From contig CAYSBJ010000001.1 of the NCBI GenBank assembly GCA_964429275.1, forward strand, positions 1 to 64,000: a stretch of DNA of 64,000 bases. Direction: 5' to 3'. The position numbers and the translations under genes were made by a program. Origin of the DNA: an uncultured Pseudomonadota bacterium. Its GTDB lineage: Bacteria; Babelota; Babeliae; Babelales; JAUPTZ01. Below the pieces are notes generated by a model that was not told the DNA's origin, searched no databases, and saw only the letters and a program-made list of their open reading frames with translations. Positions 9,175-24,100 of this stretch are shown here, in pieces; position 1 is the stretch's first letter, and the number at the start of each line of letters is the position of its first letter.

Positions 9175-12100
9175 TCATCGCTTACGAGAATGACCGGTTT
9201 TTTTGCGACGCCGCGAACCCCCTTTGACCTGAATAAGAGATGGCGACTGTACCAGATTACCTGTTGCGAAGTGAGACGTATTTTTTGGTAGCACAATATT
9301 ACCGGCATACGGTCCAGTTAGTTCAGCGGCAGAAGCAAAATTTGCCCCGTACCCCTGTATGCGCGCGTTGTTTGTCAAGATCAACTGGTCCGCGGGAACA
9401 TTTATTGATCCTGCGAGCGCACCATTTCCCAGTGCAAAAGCCACCGGCGTATCAAGAATCAGCCGTCGAGACGCATCAGCCATTAAGGTACCACCGAAGT
9501 CAACATAGACAACCCCTGATTGATCGGCGCCATTAACCGGCTGTGCTGGCGGTAAACCATTCGTTCCACGAGCGCTTACACACCAACTATCAGTAGCAAC
9601 TCGCAACGTACCGCCACCCGTTACCCCAGGATTAAACTTTCTACTCTCATCAAACGTCACTCCCGTTAACGGAATATTCCATGGAGAATACCCATCAGTA
9701 GACCCAAACGGTAATGGCCAACCAATATTTATTCGCGATTTATGCGCTAAATAGAGAACATGTGTTGCCTTATCTCGCGCTGAAACATCTTGCTCACGGA
9801 AATCGCTCAGCACCAACTCAATCGTCGACGGCATTAATGCCGTTGCTCCTGGCGTCAGTGCACTACGATACACATCAATAAAGGCATCGCGAAGCAAAGC
9901 CGACTGGGTACCGTTACTCATGCGATTTGCTGAAGAACCAAGCTGGAAGACCGCTCCTCGCCTATGCAACGCATCCAACGATCGACCTCGAGAATAGGCA
10001 AGCAATGAAGAACTATTATTGCCATTCGCGCTATCATTTTCACCACTATCTCCGTTGTTTTCATGAATACTCCATCGCACACCAGCACTTATCAGCGACT
10101 CTTGGCACGCAATAGTACTGTTGCACAACGAAATACTTGGTCCATATGACTCACCAAACAAAACTGCTCGCTCGCCACCAATAATAGTCGGCAATGCCGT
10201 CATCGTTACGCTTGGCGCTTGAACCACGCCAAGATTGCGAGAAACGTCACTGTGAATGTATGTCACGCGATCAAAATGTACAGGTGCATTAACCAAAATA
10301 GAAGATGCGTTATAGCGTCTATACGAAGCGCCAACGATGAGTGGTCGATTACCATACAGTGGATGTTCATACGCAGTAGGAAGATCATTTACAGCCCTAT
10401 TTTCTGCATCAGCAAGAAAAGTCTCTATCCCCGCAGCAATGCCCTGTAAAAATACCTGCTGTACGAGGGCTAATGGAGGGAAATTATGAGGCAAGATTCC
10501 ACGGTCTGTCACTTCGTACCACGCACCACTGGCAAAATCGTACCCCCAATCTTGGATACCGGTAGTCCACAATCCAGTTGCTGTATTATAAGACCAAGCA
10601 GTAGTTGTTGGGTTATATACCCAGGTATGGCCAGAACCGTGCTTATACCACTTGTTCGCACTATTCGCGGCACTGATCCAATAAGGCTCACTGCCATCGA
10701 AATAGTACCAACCATCAGCAAAGGTTCCCCCATCAGGCATCCAACGATTATGAGCAGAAGTATACTGCCAACGAGTATCACTAAAAGACCACGCCCATGC
10801 ACCAGTTGTGTTATTGTACGTTACTTGGTTCTTGCCAGAACTATCGTTCCAGTAATACGGCCAAGGATCCAATGGACTATAAGAAGCCGTCCCATTACCA
10901 AAAGTATCGACACCCTTCAGCACTTGTGTTGACGATGACCATGTTAAACTCGGCGAAGAAGAAAGCGCATGTGACACAATTAAAGCACGTCGTATTTGGT
11001 GAGCAATCATAAACTGTGGCACAAATCGTGGCGGTAAAACACCTTCTGGCAAACTCGACCACGAGTCACTTATAAGATCATATGACTCGCCTGAATAGGT
11101 ATCATTACTCGGATCATACGTAATAGTTACATCACCATTAGTCCACTGACGCATGCTATAAGAATACGTCCAGCTTTCTGTCTCATCCGCGTTGGTCCAG
11201 GTGATAGTTGCCGGATCGTACGTCCATTTTTCTGATTCATTCAGCAGGTTTTGCCAGATCTTAGTACTACTGTTGTAACTGTACGATATCGGATTAAATG
11301 GATTAAGTGAATGAGCCCAACTCCATGAACCATCTACTGCCGCAGTAAATGCAATTTTACCGTCAACCCATGATGGTTCAGCTGGTGGAACTAATGTTGC
11401 AATAGCAAGCCTATCGCCCAACGTATTATCATACACAATACGCATGCCTTCGCTCGTATTCGAGGCAAGCCACGTGCCATCATCTTGCCGCGCAAAGGTT
11501 AAGCCTGCAATAGACCCAAATGAAAGAAATCCTGACGCCAAAGCAGAATCAAAGCTTGTGCGAATTTTTGCTACCTGCCGAGCTACAGATGGTGGTTGGT
11601 AGCCAGAAAGCGCCGGTGGCGTACCCGCTACTAACACCCATGTTTGTGCATACTCATCAAAGCGCCAGACTGTTTTATAAGCATTACTTACCGCAACACT
11701 TCCCCATGTCAGCGTTAGCGGATCATACCGCCAACGAATTGCATTGGCAGGATCATACCAAACATTAATCGCTGGGTAATAAATCCAATGCGCACCGAGT
11801 ACTGCTGGGGTTGCAGGATTATATTTATACCAATTTTGCGTTGCAGTTCCGCCGTTGAGCAACTTCCATGAATCATACACCCCACTAACCATTGGGCCAG
11901 TTACTATGGAAGTACTTGGATTATAGGTCCACGTACGTGACGGTGAGCCCAGTGTGTGCGTCCATGTCCACGCGTTGGTGCTTGGTGTATACACCAAAGA
12001 AGCAGAAGAATCCCCGGCCACATAGGTCAACGTTGGTGTGCCTGCACTTGCAAAATTTGCCGTCACAGTACCGTCAGGTCCCGTTATGCCAAATAAATCG

Positions 12101-15100
12101 CCAGAAACAACCTCAAAGTCACGTTTTAATGCAATCGACGGAAGGAACGCAAAATTACTTGCTGTCACCCCAAGCGCATCCACCTGATTCATTACCAACC
12201 GGAGATACATTTGATGCACCAGTGCAACTGGTGGCCGCCCAGCATCACTAATACTACCTGTACCCGAAATTAACTTCCAAAACCTGCCCGCTACACAATA
12301 GCGCCACACGGTACCAGAATTAAATTCCTCCCATGTATCAGCAGTTGTACTATAATGCCATATATTTCCACTCGGACCATGCATCCACGTATCATCACTT
12401 GAATCATAGGTAAAAATTTGCGAATCATCTCCAACAAAGGTCCAGGTAGCCGCTACTGAATCGTATACCCAATCGGTATCGCTATCGCTCTTTTCTTCCC
12501 AAACTCCAGTGCCAAAATTATAGACTGCAGTATATGCGTTGTCAGTATCAACAAGATTTAGCCACTCCATTAAACCTGAATTTAGGTCAACCGTAAAGGC
12601 AACCTTGTTTTCTTCGCCAGTCCATTGAATCGTATTGGTTCTTGGTGCATACACAATCGACTGTATTGATGAGCCATTTGCGACTCTCCAAGAGCCATCG
12701 TCCTGTTGCGTAAACGGAGTAATCCACCCGTACGGCCCACTCGATTTCTCAAAGGCACCTGCTAACCGGAATGCATCAAACAATGTTCGTACAATCGCCT
12801 TTTGTATCACTACAAGCGGCGGAAATCCATCTGCTGGTGCGCCAGCGTAAGAAGTAATCTGTACCCAACCATCACCAAGTTGATAGTAATTATACTGCCA
12901 AACATTCGTACCATCATTATATGACCAGCGCCCGGTTGACGGACTATACGTCCACACATGTGAACTGGAGTTCTTTGTCCAACTTAAGGAATCACCTGCG
13001 CTATTATGCCAGGTCGAGCTGCCATCAGTCCAGCTACTCGTGGATGGGCTAAATGACCACGTAATACCTTTTTGACCATCAACCCACACAGAAGAATCTC
13101 CGTCATACGACCAGGTCTCTGGCCACAGTGGATCAACAGATCGCTGCCACGTAAAATTACCCGAAGCAACATCTACGGTGACCAGAATAGCACCTTCATT
13201 AAACGACCGTGGACCAACAAGACGGCCACTTATTTCTTGCGAACTCACCGTATACGTTGCTGTAAAATCAGCGGCTGTATTAGCAGCATGATAAACACCA
13301 GAAACTGGTTGGGTAACAACCCAGTTAGCAGTACCTGCTGATGCAAAAGCCCCATAGCCTAAGAATTTTTTGAGAATATAACGCGTATAGAGCTGCTGCA
13401 AAAGCGGCAATGGCGGCCTTGTTGACGGCAATATCGCGCCAAACGTAATTGGTTGCCATTGGTTATCAGTTGCCGCAAAATCATAAAACCAGTCAGCATT
13501 TCCTGTCTCGTCACGCCACAAACCGGTTTGCATATTCCAAGACCAGTGACCTGAACCACTTGACCAGACACCATTTGTTGAGTCATAACTCCACAATGCA
13601 CTACCACCTGTTATTTGCTGCCACGTTTGAGCATCAAGATTATACTCCCATAGCGTTCCATGAATTACATCAGTCCATCGACTCGTATCATTATTAAAAG
13701 TGTACGCATTTCCGTCACCCATAAAGCTATCCCACTCACAATGCCCCGTCGTCAGTTCGTAAGAAAATATTATGTCAGGAGAAGAGCCTATATGTGCAGC
13801 ATTATTTCGCCACTCAATAGTCGGTGCAGAAGAAGACGTTGATACAATAGCATAATCATTAAAGCGTCCGCCCCTCAATGTCCATGTGGAACCAGATACT
13901 GTTTTTGTACAAAGCGAACCTACCGCATTCCATATCGTATCCACTAACGCCTGTTGCACTACAACAAGTGGTGGCAAGCCACCAGCAGGAAGCCCATTGT
14001 AAGAAGTAATCTGCATCCAACCATCAGCAAGCATCTTATAAACCCAACGCCACGTAACTTCACCGTCATTATACGACCAATAGCCTGTTGTTGGGTCATA
14101 CGTCCACAGTGTACTGCTCCCATTATGAGACCACTGCAAGCCAGCAAGACTTGATTTCCATGAATCAGAATCACATGAGAAAGTTCCTGTAACTGGGTTA
14201 TAATCCCACTCTTCGCCTGTTTGATTATTGGTCCACACACGATCTACACCGTCATATTCCCACGTCTTCGTCCAGCGCGGATCAATCGAAGATTGCCAGC
14301 TAAAACTACCCGTATATGTATCATACGAGAGATCGATTGCACCGTTAGCAAGTGAGCTGTCTGAACGAGTACCTGTAACCACACCAGTCTGAGTATCATA
14401 CGTAGCAGTAAAATCACCTGCACCATTTGTTAGAGCATACGTAAGCGAAGATGGACCACTTACAATCCAATCACCACGACCACTTTCACCAAGTACTCCA
14501 TCCGCCCAGAACGCATTAAGCACTCGTGCCATATACACTTGCTGTATCAACGGTAACGGCGGCGTAAGTGATGGCAGAACAGCGCCATTGGTAAACGACT
14601 CCCAACCAGACCCTGCCGGAGAAAGATCGTAAATCCATCGCGCACTGTCAGCCACATTCATCCAAAGACCAGACGTTGCATTCCAAGCCCAATGAACGGT
14701 AGTCCCACCATTCACTCCGGTCCAATGATCGGCTGTCGAATCATACGTCCATACTTGCGAACCACCGGCAGTTTGCGTCCATCGCTTGAGCGCCACATCA
14801 TATGCCCATACATTACTTCCACCATCCGTCCATGTGCTACCACTAAATGTGTACGCAGGCGAACCACTACCGCTCAAATACCAGGAATTGCTCGCTGTCG
14901 TAAGGTTATAGGTAAATCTAACATCAGATGTGAGACCAGAGAAATTTTTGTTATTGTACCAGGCCAAACTGCCAGACGAATGGCCGCTCGCCAAAGTCAA
15001 TACAGCATAATCATTAAGATATCCTCCGTATGACCGCCATTCACTAGGGCCTGTCTGAACAACCGAAGGCAAAGCGCTTGCGGCACTAAAAAGTGTATCG

Positions 15101-18100
15101 GCCATCGTTTTGTGCACCACCGCGAGCGGCGGTAACCCTGTTGATGGAGATGGGTAGGAAGAAATCTGGTTCCACGCATTATTAATCATGGAGTACTGCC
15201 ATACTGATTCATGATCACTTCCGTAGTACGTCCAGTGGCCGCTAGATGCATCGTACAACCATGGATTGACATCTGCTCCCTTATACCAATCACCCGTATT
15301 TGCATCATATGACCAGTACACCGAACTGTCGCTGCCAGATGTCCAAATGTTTCTTTCGACATCATAAAGCCAGGTCTCTTGCGTCTGACTGTCTGTCCAC
15401 GTGGTAGTTGAATTATCATAACTCCAGCTTAACGGCCACCGAGAATCAACAGCAGATCGCCATGTAAAGTTGCGTGTGTTGGTATTTGCAGTAAGTGTCA
15501 CCGTATTATTTATAAAAGCATCAGGATGTACATTCCTACCAACAATATCCCCAGTACTTATATCATACGTAACAGTAAAATCCCCTTCTTTATTTCCTGC
15601 CTGCGCCAAGCCTGAAGATGCAATTGGTGCCTGGAACACCCAATCTGCCGTAGACTCTTCACGGAACATACCAAAAGCCAGCATTTTGCTAAGAATTTGC
15701 GCGGTAAACATCTGTTGTATCAACGGCAATGGTGGTGTTGGCGAAACTGGCGCTGTAGCCGATTCCCATCCTTGCCATGGAGAGCTTGCATTAAAGTTAT
15801 ACAGTCGCTGCACGCCATCGGCCAATGAAAGCCACAAACCACTTGCAGGCTGCCATACCCAGCCCGAACCACTTGTTGGCATCCAGGCACCGGTGCTACC
15901 ATTAAACGTCCACACCTGACTGCCACCAACCGTTTGCGTCCATTTCCTCAATGCTACATCGTAAACCCACGTTTGCGTATTATCAGCATTAGTCCAAGTA
16001 TGAGTATTTCCCGTATAGGTATACGCTGGTGTACCACTTCCCGCCAAATACCATGAGTTATTACCAGTTCCAATTGTATGAGAATAATTTATGGCTGGAG
16101 AACTCCCAAGACTGCCTCCATTGTCACGCCAGGCTACGGTACCAACAGACCCACCACCGCTCACGGTCAGCGTTGCATTATCATTGAAATACCCACCAGT
16201 AAGAGTCCATACCGTACCACTTGTTGCACTAACGTCAGACAAATTACCTATAACGTTCAGGAGTGATTTTAAAAGAGCTTGCTGTACTGCTACAAGTGGC
16301 GGCAACCCGGCCGCAGGTGTACCAGCAAACGTAGTTATTTGCTTCCATGCACCAGCAAACCAGAGATACTCCCATTCCCAAGTATGCGTACCATCATTAT
16401 GCGTCCAATGCCCAGTATCAGGGTGATAAATCCATATCACTGTACCACCATTTTTCAACCACTGTACACCGCCAACTCCCACCGTCCAGGTAGTACTATC
16501 AGGGGCTGTCCACCGCTGTGTCGTAGCATTGTAGGTCCACACAGCACCGGTCTGAAGGTCGGTCCACGCACCAGCGCTATACTGCCATTCCTCTGGAAAG
16601 CGAGTATCAACCGATCGCTGGAAAGTAAATTCTCCTGTTTCTATATTATATGCAGTAAAGCCATATTTTCCTGATAAGAACCCATACGAGCTCACTGAGG
16701 CACCACTAACCATTCCTGCAATAGTCAGCATCGTCGTATCGTAATGAGCCTGAAAATCTCCTGCCCCATTCGTAATCGTATATATCCCGTCTACAGGCCC
16801 GGTCACAGTCCAATTCGCAAGCTCACTCTGAGCAAAAACGCCAGCCGTCAAAAATTCATTTAAAATGCGCGCGGAGTATAATTGCTGGACCAATGGCAAT
16901 GGCGGTGCGTGTGATGGAATCGAAGCTCCATTAGTCAATGGTTCCCACGCGCCGCCGGAAGACGCAAAATCATATATCCATTGGCCGCCGGAAGCGATGT
17001 GCTTCCATATACCCGTAGATGCATTCCATTGCCATTGCACTGGGCTGCCGCCAAGGTCATACGTCCAATAACCGGTTGCTGTATCAAAAGTCCATACAGA
17101 GCCTGTTGTTGGTGTCCATGTGCGAGCACTAGAGTCATACGTCCACGTAACACTATGAGGCACATCAGTCCAAAGGCCCGAGCTACCTACATACGTATAC
17201 GCTGCCGAGCCACTACCACCCAAGTACCAAGAGCTATTGCCACTTGCTAAGGTATAGGTAAAGCTCACATCAGGAGTTAATGCTAAATTATACCCTTTAT
17301 TACGCCATGCAATTGCCGTATTTGATGAAGGTGAAGCTACTGCCAAGGTAGCATAATCGTTAAAGTAGCCGCCTCTCAGTACCCAATGAGTTGAGTCAGT
17401 TTCCGTTACAGCCACCGAATCACCTGTAAACGCATTATACAAAGAGTTTAAAATAACCTTGTGCAGCACAACCCTTGGCGGAAATCCCGTCAGAAAATCG
17501 GCTATAGAGTATGCACTTATCTGGTTCCATGTATTAGATACCGGCCCGTACTGCCACACCCATGAGCGAGTTCCATCGTTATATGACCAAGAACTTGCTG
17601 TCGGATCATATATCCAAACTTCCTCTCCACCATTTTTCACCCATCTATATCCAAGAAGGTCTGACTGCCACGTCTCAGAACCACCAACTACTGTCCAAAC
17701 CATCGTCGTCGGGTTATATGACCATTCATTCCCAAGAAGTCCATCAGTATAAATATGAGAAGTCGCATCATATGACGACTGAATTGGCCACTCTGGGTAA
17801 CCGGCAAAGTTCCACGTAAAAGCACCGTTACTTGTGTTATATATAATATGTGTTGAAAACAGCAACTCTGCCTGAATCACACCTGTTGTTGGGTTATACG
17901 TAGCAGTAAAATCATTAGCACTATTGTGCGCAGAGATCACACCAGAAGATAACACTGGTGCATTAAGTATCCAATCAGTTTTGCCCAAGGAATCAAATGC
18001 TCCCCAACGCAGAAATGCATTATAAACCCCAGCAGCATACAATTGTTGCGTTAACGGCAATGGGGGAGCAATAGCAGGCGTAGTGCCACCACTGAACAAT

Positions 18101-21100
18101 GCTCTCCATGGAGTTATCGGATTAGTGAAGTCGTACAGCCATTCTTGATGTAGCTCTACGTGTTGCCATAGGTTTCTCGTTGGCTGCCATTCCCAATCAA
18201 CTACACCATTAATCCCATCATCAAAGGTCCAATAGCCGGTAACAGGATTAAAAATCCAAACCTGGCTACCGCCACTCGTTTGAGTCCATGTCTGCGCAGT
18301 TGCATCATAAGCCCAGGTGGTACCCCCAGCAACATCAACCCATTCTCCTGTCGAATTATCAAAGGTATATACTGGTGACCCGCTCGAAGAATCATACCAA
18401 GATGCATTACCAGTATTCAGAGCATACGTAAAATTAACATCCGGATCAGCAACAAGATTATTTCCTTTATTGCGCCATGCAATTGTTGCAGTGGAAAGAT
18501 CTGTTGGCATCGTCAGCAAAGCGTAATCATTAAAGTATCCGCCACGAATCACAAATTCGTCGTCAGCATCACCAGGGACTATTCTGTTTTCTTTTTTTAT
18601 GGCCGTATTCTGAAGAATATCAATCATTGTTTTTTGCACCAATGCAAGCGGCGGAAAGCCGCCCACAGGTATGGCATCTGCCGTTGTAACAGGAAACCAT
18701 GTGCCAGCAAAGAAATGGTAGTGCCACAGCCAAGCACTATCCGCATCTTGATATGCCCAATAACCAGTCGCCGGATCGTAAGTCCAACTCACATCACCAG
18801 AACTCCTGCTCCACACCAGGCCTGCAGTGTCACCGCTCCATGTGACAGAATCATAGAAGTTACTCCATACGCGCGTATTTGAATCGTAGGCCCACTGATC
18901 TCCGTTCTGCTCATCAGTCCACACCCCATCATAGGACCATTGCGCCACGGTTTCACCATCAATAGACCGCTGCCATACAAAGTCATTGGTCGTGCTGCTG
19001 CTTCCAACAGTAACAGACCCATTTACAAACGAATAAGGGCTTTGGAATGCACCACTTACCAAACCAGTTTGCATATTATACGTAGCAGTAAAGTCACGCA
19101 CACTATTACGTAACGAGAACACATGATCTGTCACTGGGGGCTCACCAAGAATCCAATCAGACTTCCCGGTACAATCAAAGGCCCCGGCAACCAAAAATTG
19201 GCGAACAATATGCTTACTATACAACTGCTGGACCAACGGTAATGCAGGCACTATCGTAGGTACATCTTCACCAGAAGTTAGTGACTCCCACGGGGAAAGA
19301 AGGTTGCCAAAATCATACAGCCACTGATTTCCTGTAGCAACTTCGACCCAGAGCGATCTATCTTTCTGCCACTGCCACTGAACTTGATCGCCCCCGCCGC
19401 TTTCATACGTCCAGTAATCATTTGTAGCATCGTATGTCCATGTCTTACTATCTGCGGAATGCGTCCAACTTTGCGCAGTAGGGTTATAGACCCACGTATC
19501 ACTGGTAATCTCATCTAGCCATACGCCGCTACTTTCGGTAAAACTATACGATGAAGATGCACTAGCACCAAGCGTCCAAGCCATGTTGCCCGTACCCATA
19601 TGATACGTAAATGCAATATCAGGATCTACATCAAGATCGTCGCCACGATTACGCCATTCTATAGTTGATAAGGCTTTATTATCTGGAATAGTTAATGTTG
19701 CGTAATTATTATAATAACCGCCAGATCCTATACATTCAGTGCTACTTACTGACGAAACAGAAAGAACGTTATTAAATGCATCGCACAAAGAATCCAGGAA
19801 TGCTTTTTGTACTACAACTAATGGTGGACGAACTTGAGAGAAGCCTCCTTCAAAAGAGGTTATTTGCGTCCAAGTGCCAGACAAGAATGAATACTGCCAT
19901 TGCCATACATTAACACCATCATCATACAACCAATAGCCAGTATCTGGTGCGTAATACCAAGATGAGGAGCCATTCGACCATTGTCGAATCACTGGGTTAG
20001 AAGTCCACACTACATCACTAGCACTCGTCCATGAATTTGTGACTGCGTCAAAAATCCAATATTCACCCGTTTGACCGTTAGTCCATCTCCTTGTTGCACT
20101 ATTATAGACCCACGTTTCTGGCCACCGAGCATCGACCGTTTGCCGCCACGTAAAGACACCAGACGATCGGTGGTAAGTAATAGTAAGAGCGTTATTAACA
20201 AATGGATAAGGGCTCACTGAATGCGCTGTAATAACATCTGTCTCATTCGTATAAGAGGCAGTGAAGTCGCCAGCGCTATTGGTAACGGTTAACACTCCAT
20301 CGTCAAGCATTGGCGAAGTAAATGCCCAGTCGGCAAGCCCACTCGAGGGAAAAGCACCCGCCGATAAGAATTCATTCACCACACTCATCATGAACATCTG
20401 TTGCACTAATGGTAATGGCGGAGTCAGGACTGGCAAAACTGCAGAATCAGTAAGTGCTTCCCACGAATTGGTAGCTGCAGAAAAGTCATAAAGCCACTGG
20501 TTACCACTCGCCACATCTTGCCACAGAGAAACATCAGAGATCCATAGCCAGCGCTGAGACCCGCTCACCCAATGACCTGTCGTACTATTAAATGTCCAGA
20601 CGGTTGTTCCGCCAACGGTCTGCGTCCACGTTTTTGCAGTCGGACTATACACCCATACATTCGTTCCAGCGGCATTTGACCATACATTAGAACTTCCAGT
20701 AAATGTGTATGCCGAAGACCCACTACCTGCTAAATACCAGGCACTATTACCTGTGTTAAGCGTATAATTAAAGTTAATATTCGGCGCCACACTTAAGTTA
20801 TATCCTTTATCTCGCCACGCAATAGAGGGAGAAGTAGGGCCGCTCGGAACAGTCAGTACTGCTCGGTCGTTAAAGTATCCACCCTTTGCAACCCACTCTG
20901 TCGGGCTGCTCTGCGTAACGATACACCGATCATTTACACAACTCCATAAGGAGTTCAAGAGAGCTCTCTGCACAACCATCAGAGGGGGCAAGCCGCCAGC
21001 GGGTGTTCCCGTGTATGTAGTAATTTGCGTCCATGCATTACGCATATGCTCATAAAGCCACTGCCATGTATTTGTACCATCATCGTGCGACCAGTAACCA

Positions 21101-24100
21101 GTCAATGGATCATATGTCCAAATATAAGCACCAGCATTCTTTGACCATGCAAATCCATCAACATCTGATTGCCACGTGGTAGATCCGCCACTCAAGGTCC
21201 ACACATTAGTCACCGGTGAATACACCCATGCTTCAGCCGTTTGTGCATTTGTCCATGTATGCGTGCTACTATCGTAGGCCCAACTTAAATATGCTTGTGG
21301 ATTAACGGTATTTTTCCACGTAAATGCCCCCGTTTCCGTATTGTTAGAAATCGAAATAAAGGAAAGCAAATTTCCTGTAATCAAATTGTCATCTGGTGTA
21401 TACGTGGCAGTAAAATCACCCAGGCTATTTGCTACAGTCAATGAAGTGGCCGCGACAACGGGTACATTGAAAATCCAATCCGATACTGCACAATCATCAA
21501 AAAGATTAAGCGCCATAAATTGATTCAGTATTCGGGTACGATACAACTGCTGAGTCAAGGCAAGCGGAGGCCTTCTTGCCGGTAGTGAAGCACCAACAGT
21601 CAACGACTCCCAAGGACTACTAAGGCGAGTAAAGTCATACAACCAATCCGCCACTCGCGCAACATCATGCCATGTACCTTTAGCTGGATCCCACAACCAC
21701 TGATCATCCTCAGAAGAGGTCCAGTAACCCGTAACGGTGTCAAAGTGCCATGCTTCTGATCCGCCGCTATTCTGAGTCCATGTTTGCATCGCTGCATTAT
21801 ACGTCCATGTTGCATTTCCTACATAATCAGTCCACAACCCGGTGGCTCCATTAAAGGTTTGAGCTGGTAATCCACTGGTCGCCGTATACCAAGCAGTATC
21901 ACCGCTTCTCAATGTATAGCTAAAAGAAGAAGATGCTATGCTACTTAAGTCATTCCCATTACTACGCCAAGTCAAACTCGCATTACGTCTGTCCACTGGC
22001 AAGGTCAGCGCAGCATAATCGTTAAAGTACCCACCGTGTGCGACCCAGCCGTGTGCTGTCGGGTTTGTAATGTACGAGGTATTACTAAAGACATTTAGCA
22101 ATGAGTCAAAGAATGCTTTTTGTACCGCAACTAACGGTGGCAGCCCTTGTGTTGGGGTGCCAGTATAATTTGATATTTGCCGCCATGTGCCAGTCAAAAA
22201 AGAGTAGACCCATACCCATGCACGGGTGCCATCATTATATGACCATTGTCCTGTTGATGGATCAAAAGTCCACACGGCAGCGTCAGTATTTTTCGTCCAA
22301 TTCATGGTTATTGGGTTCGATGTCCACGTCGTCGCACTATCGGAACTTGTCCACGTAAGCGTTGATGCGGAATACGTCCAATACTCTGAAGTCTGTGTAT
22401 TCGTCCATCGATGAGTAGAAATGTCATAAATCCAGGTCGAAATCGGTTGAGAATCAAAGGCCAACTTCATAGTAAAAGCACCAGTTGAAGCATTACCAGT
22501 CAATGACAACACAGAGAATACTTGTGCCGTAATATTTCCAGTCGCAGGGTTGTAAGTTGCAGTAGAATCATTGTTGCCATTATTGACCACAAATGTCTCT
22601 GTTGAAACTACTGGAGAATTAAAAATCCAGTCAGCTGCACCAACGGCGTTCAGCATTCCATTATTTAGAAATTCATTAAAAACTTTTTTCGCATATAATT
22701 GCTGCACCAAAGGCAATGGCGGGGTGGTTCCCGGCAAAATGGCGCTCGAAGATAGGGCTTTCCACTGACTACTTGTTACCGTAAAGTCATACAACCATAC
22801 CTTTGCATCAGCAACATTAAGCCATGTTCCTGTTGTCGGTTGCCATCTCCAATGTACTCCTGCCGCTGAAGTCCAATAATCATCTTCACTATTATAGCTC
22901 CATGTAGCGCTACCACCAGATGTCTGAGTCCATGTATGCGCAGTAGCATTATACGTCCACGCAGCACTACCAACCACATCAGTCCACGCTCCGGAAGACC
23001 GCACAAAAGTATATGCAGGAGTTAAATTCTGCGCTGCAGTATACCAATCAATATCTCCTGAACTTAATCCTTGAGAGTAGCGCTGCGCTGGCGTACTAAC
23101 GAAATTGTCCCCGTCAGTTTGCCATGTAATGGTAGATAAAGATCCATCACTAGGTAGTGTAAGCAATGCATAGTTGTTGAAATAACCACCCTGTGCAAGC
23201 CAAGAAGAAGAAGTTAACTGCTTCATTACCGGCGCATCAGTAAAAATGTTTACAAGTGAATCAACTACTGCTTTTTGAACTACTACTAATGGCGGAAGCC
23301 CATGAGTCGGGGTTCCTGTATTACTAGAGACTTGCGTCCACTGGTCACTAACAAAAGAATAGCTCCAAACCCAGGCATGCGTACCATCATGATAAGACCA
23401 CTGCCCAGCCCATGGGTTATAGGTCCATATGGCGACGCCAGCATTCTGCGACCAGGCCATTGTAGCTGGAATCGAAGTCCACGTATCCTCGTTCGTCCAC
23501 GTCAATGTGGACGGAGCATATGTCCATTGTTCATTCGTCTGACGATCAGTCCAAACATGAGAAGTCGAATTGTATGACCACATTTCTGGCAATAATGGAT
23601 TTACCGAACGAGTCCAAGAAAAAGAACCGCTTAAGGTATTTGCAGTCATGGAAACCGCCTGATCCAAGAACAAATCGCTGCTGGATAACGAACCAACAAT
23701 ATTTCCGTTCGTAGTGTTACAAGACGCAACAAAGTCATTCACACTATTTTCTACCGCAATTGTCGTTGCCGCAACGACCGGCGAAGGTGTTATCCAATCT
23801 GCTTTACCACTTTCTGCAAACATACCATAAGAATAAAATTTCGAGAGAACACGTTGTTCATACAACTGCTGAATCAGCGGCAGTGGAGGTGTTACTAAGG
23901 GTAACGTAGCGCCATACGAAACAGCACGCCATGGGTCAGTGGAAGCAGTAAGATTATAAAACCATTGTTTGCCACTTGCGACATCAGTCCACATCCCTGT
24001 TGCCGCATTCCAAAGCCACTCTTTACCCGCAGCCTCTTCCCAATAACCTGTTACATAGTTATAACTCCATTCCTGCGATCCGCCCGCAGTCTGAGTCCAC

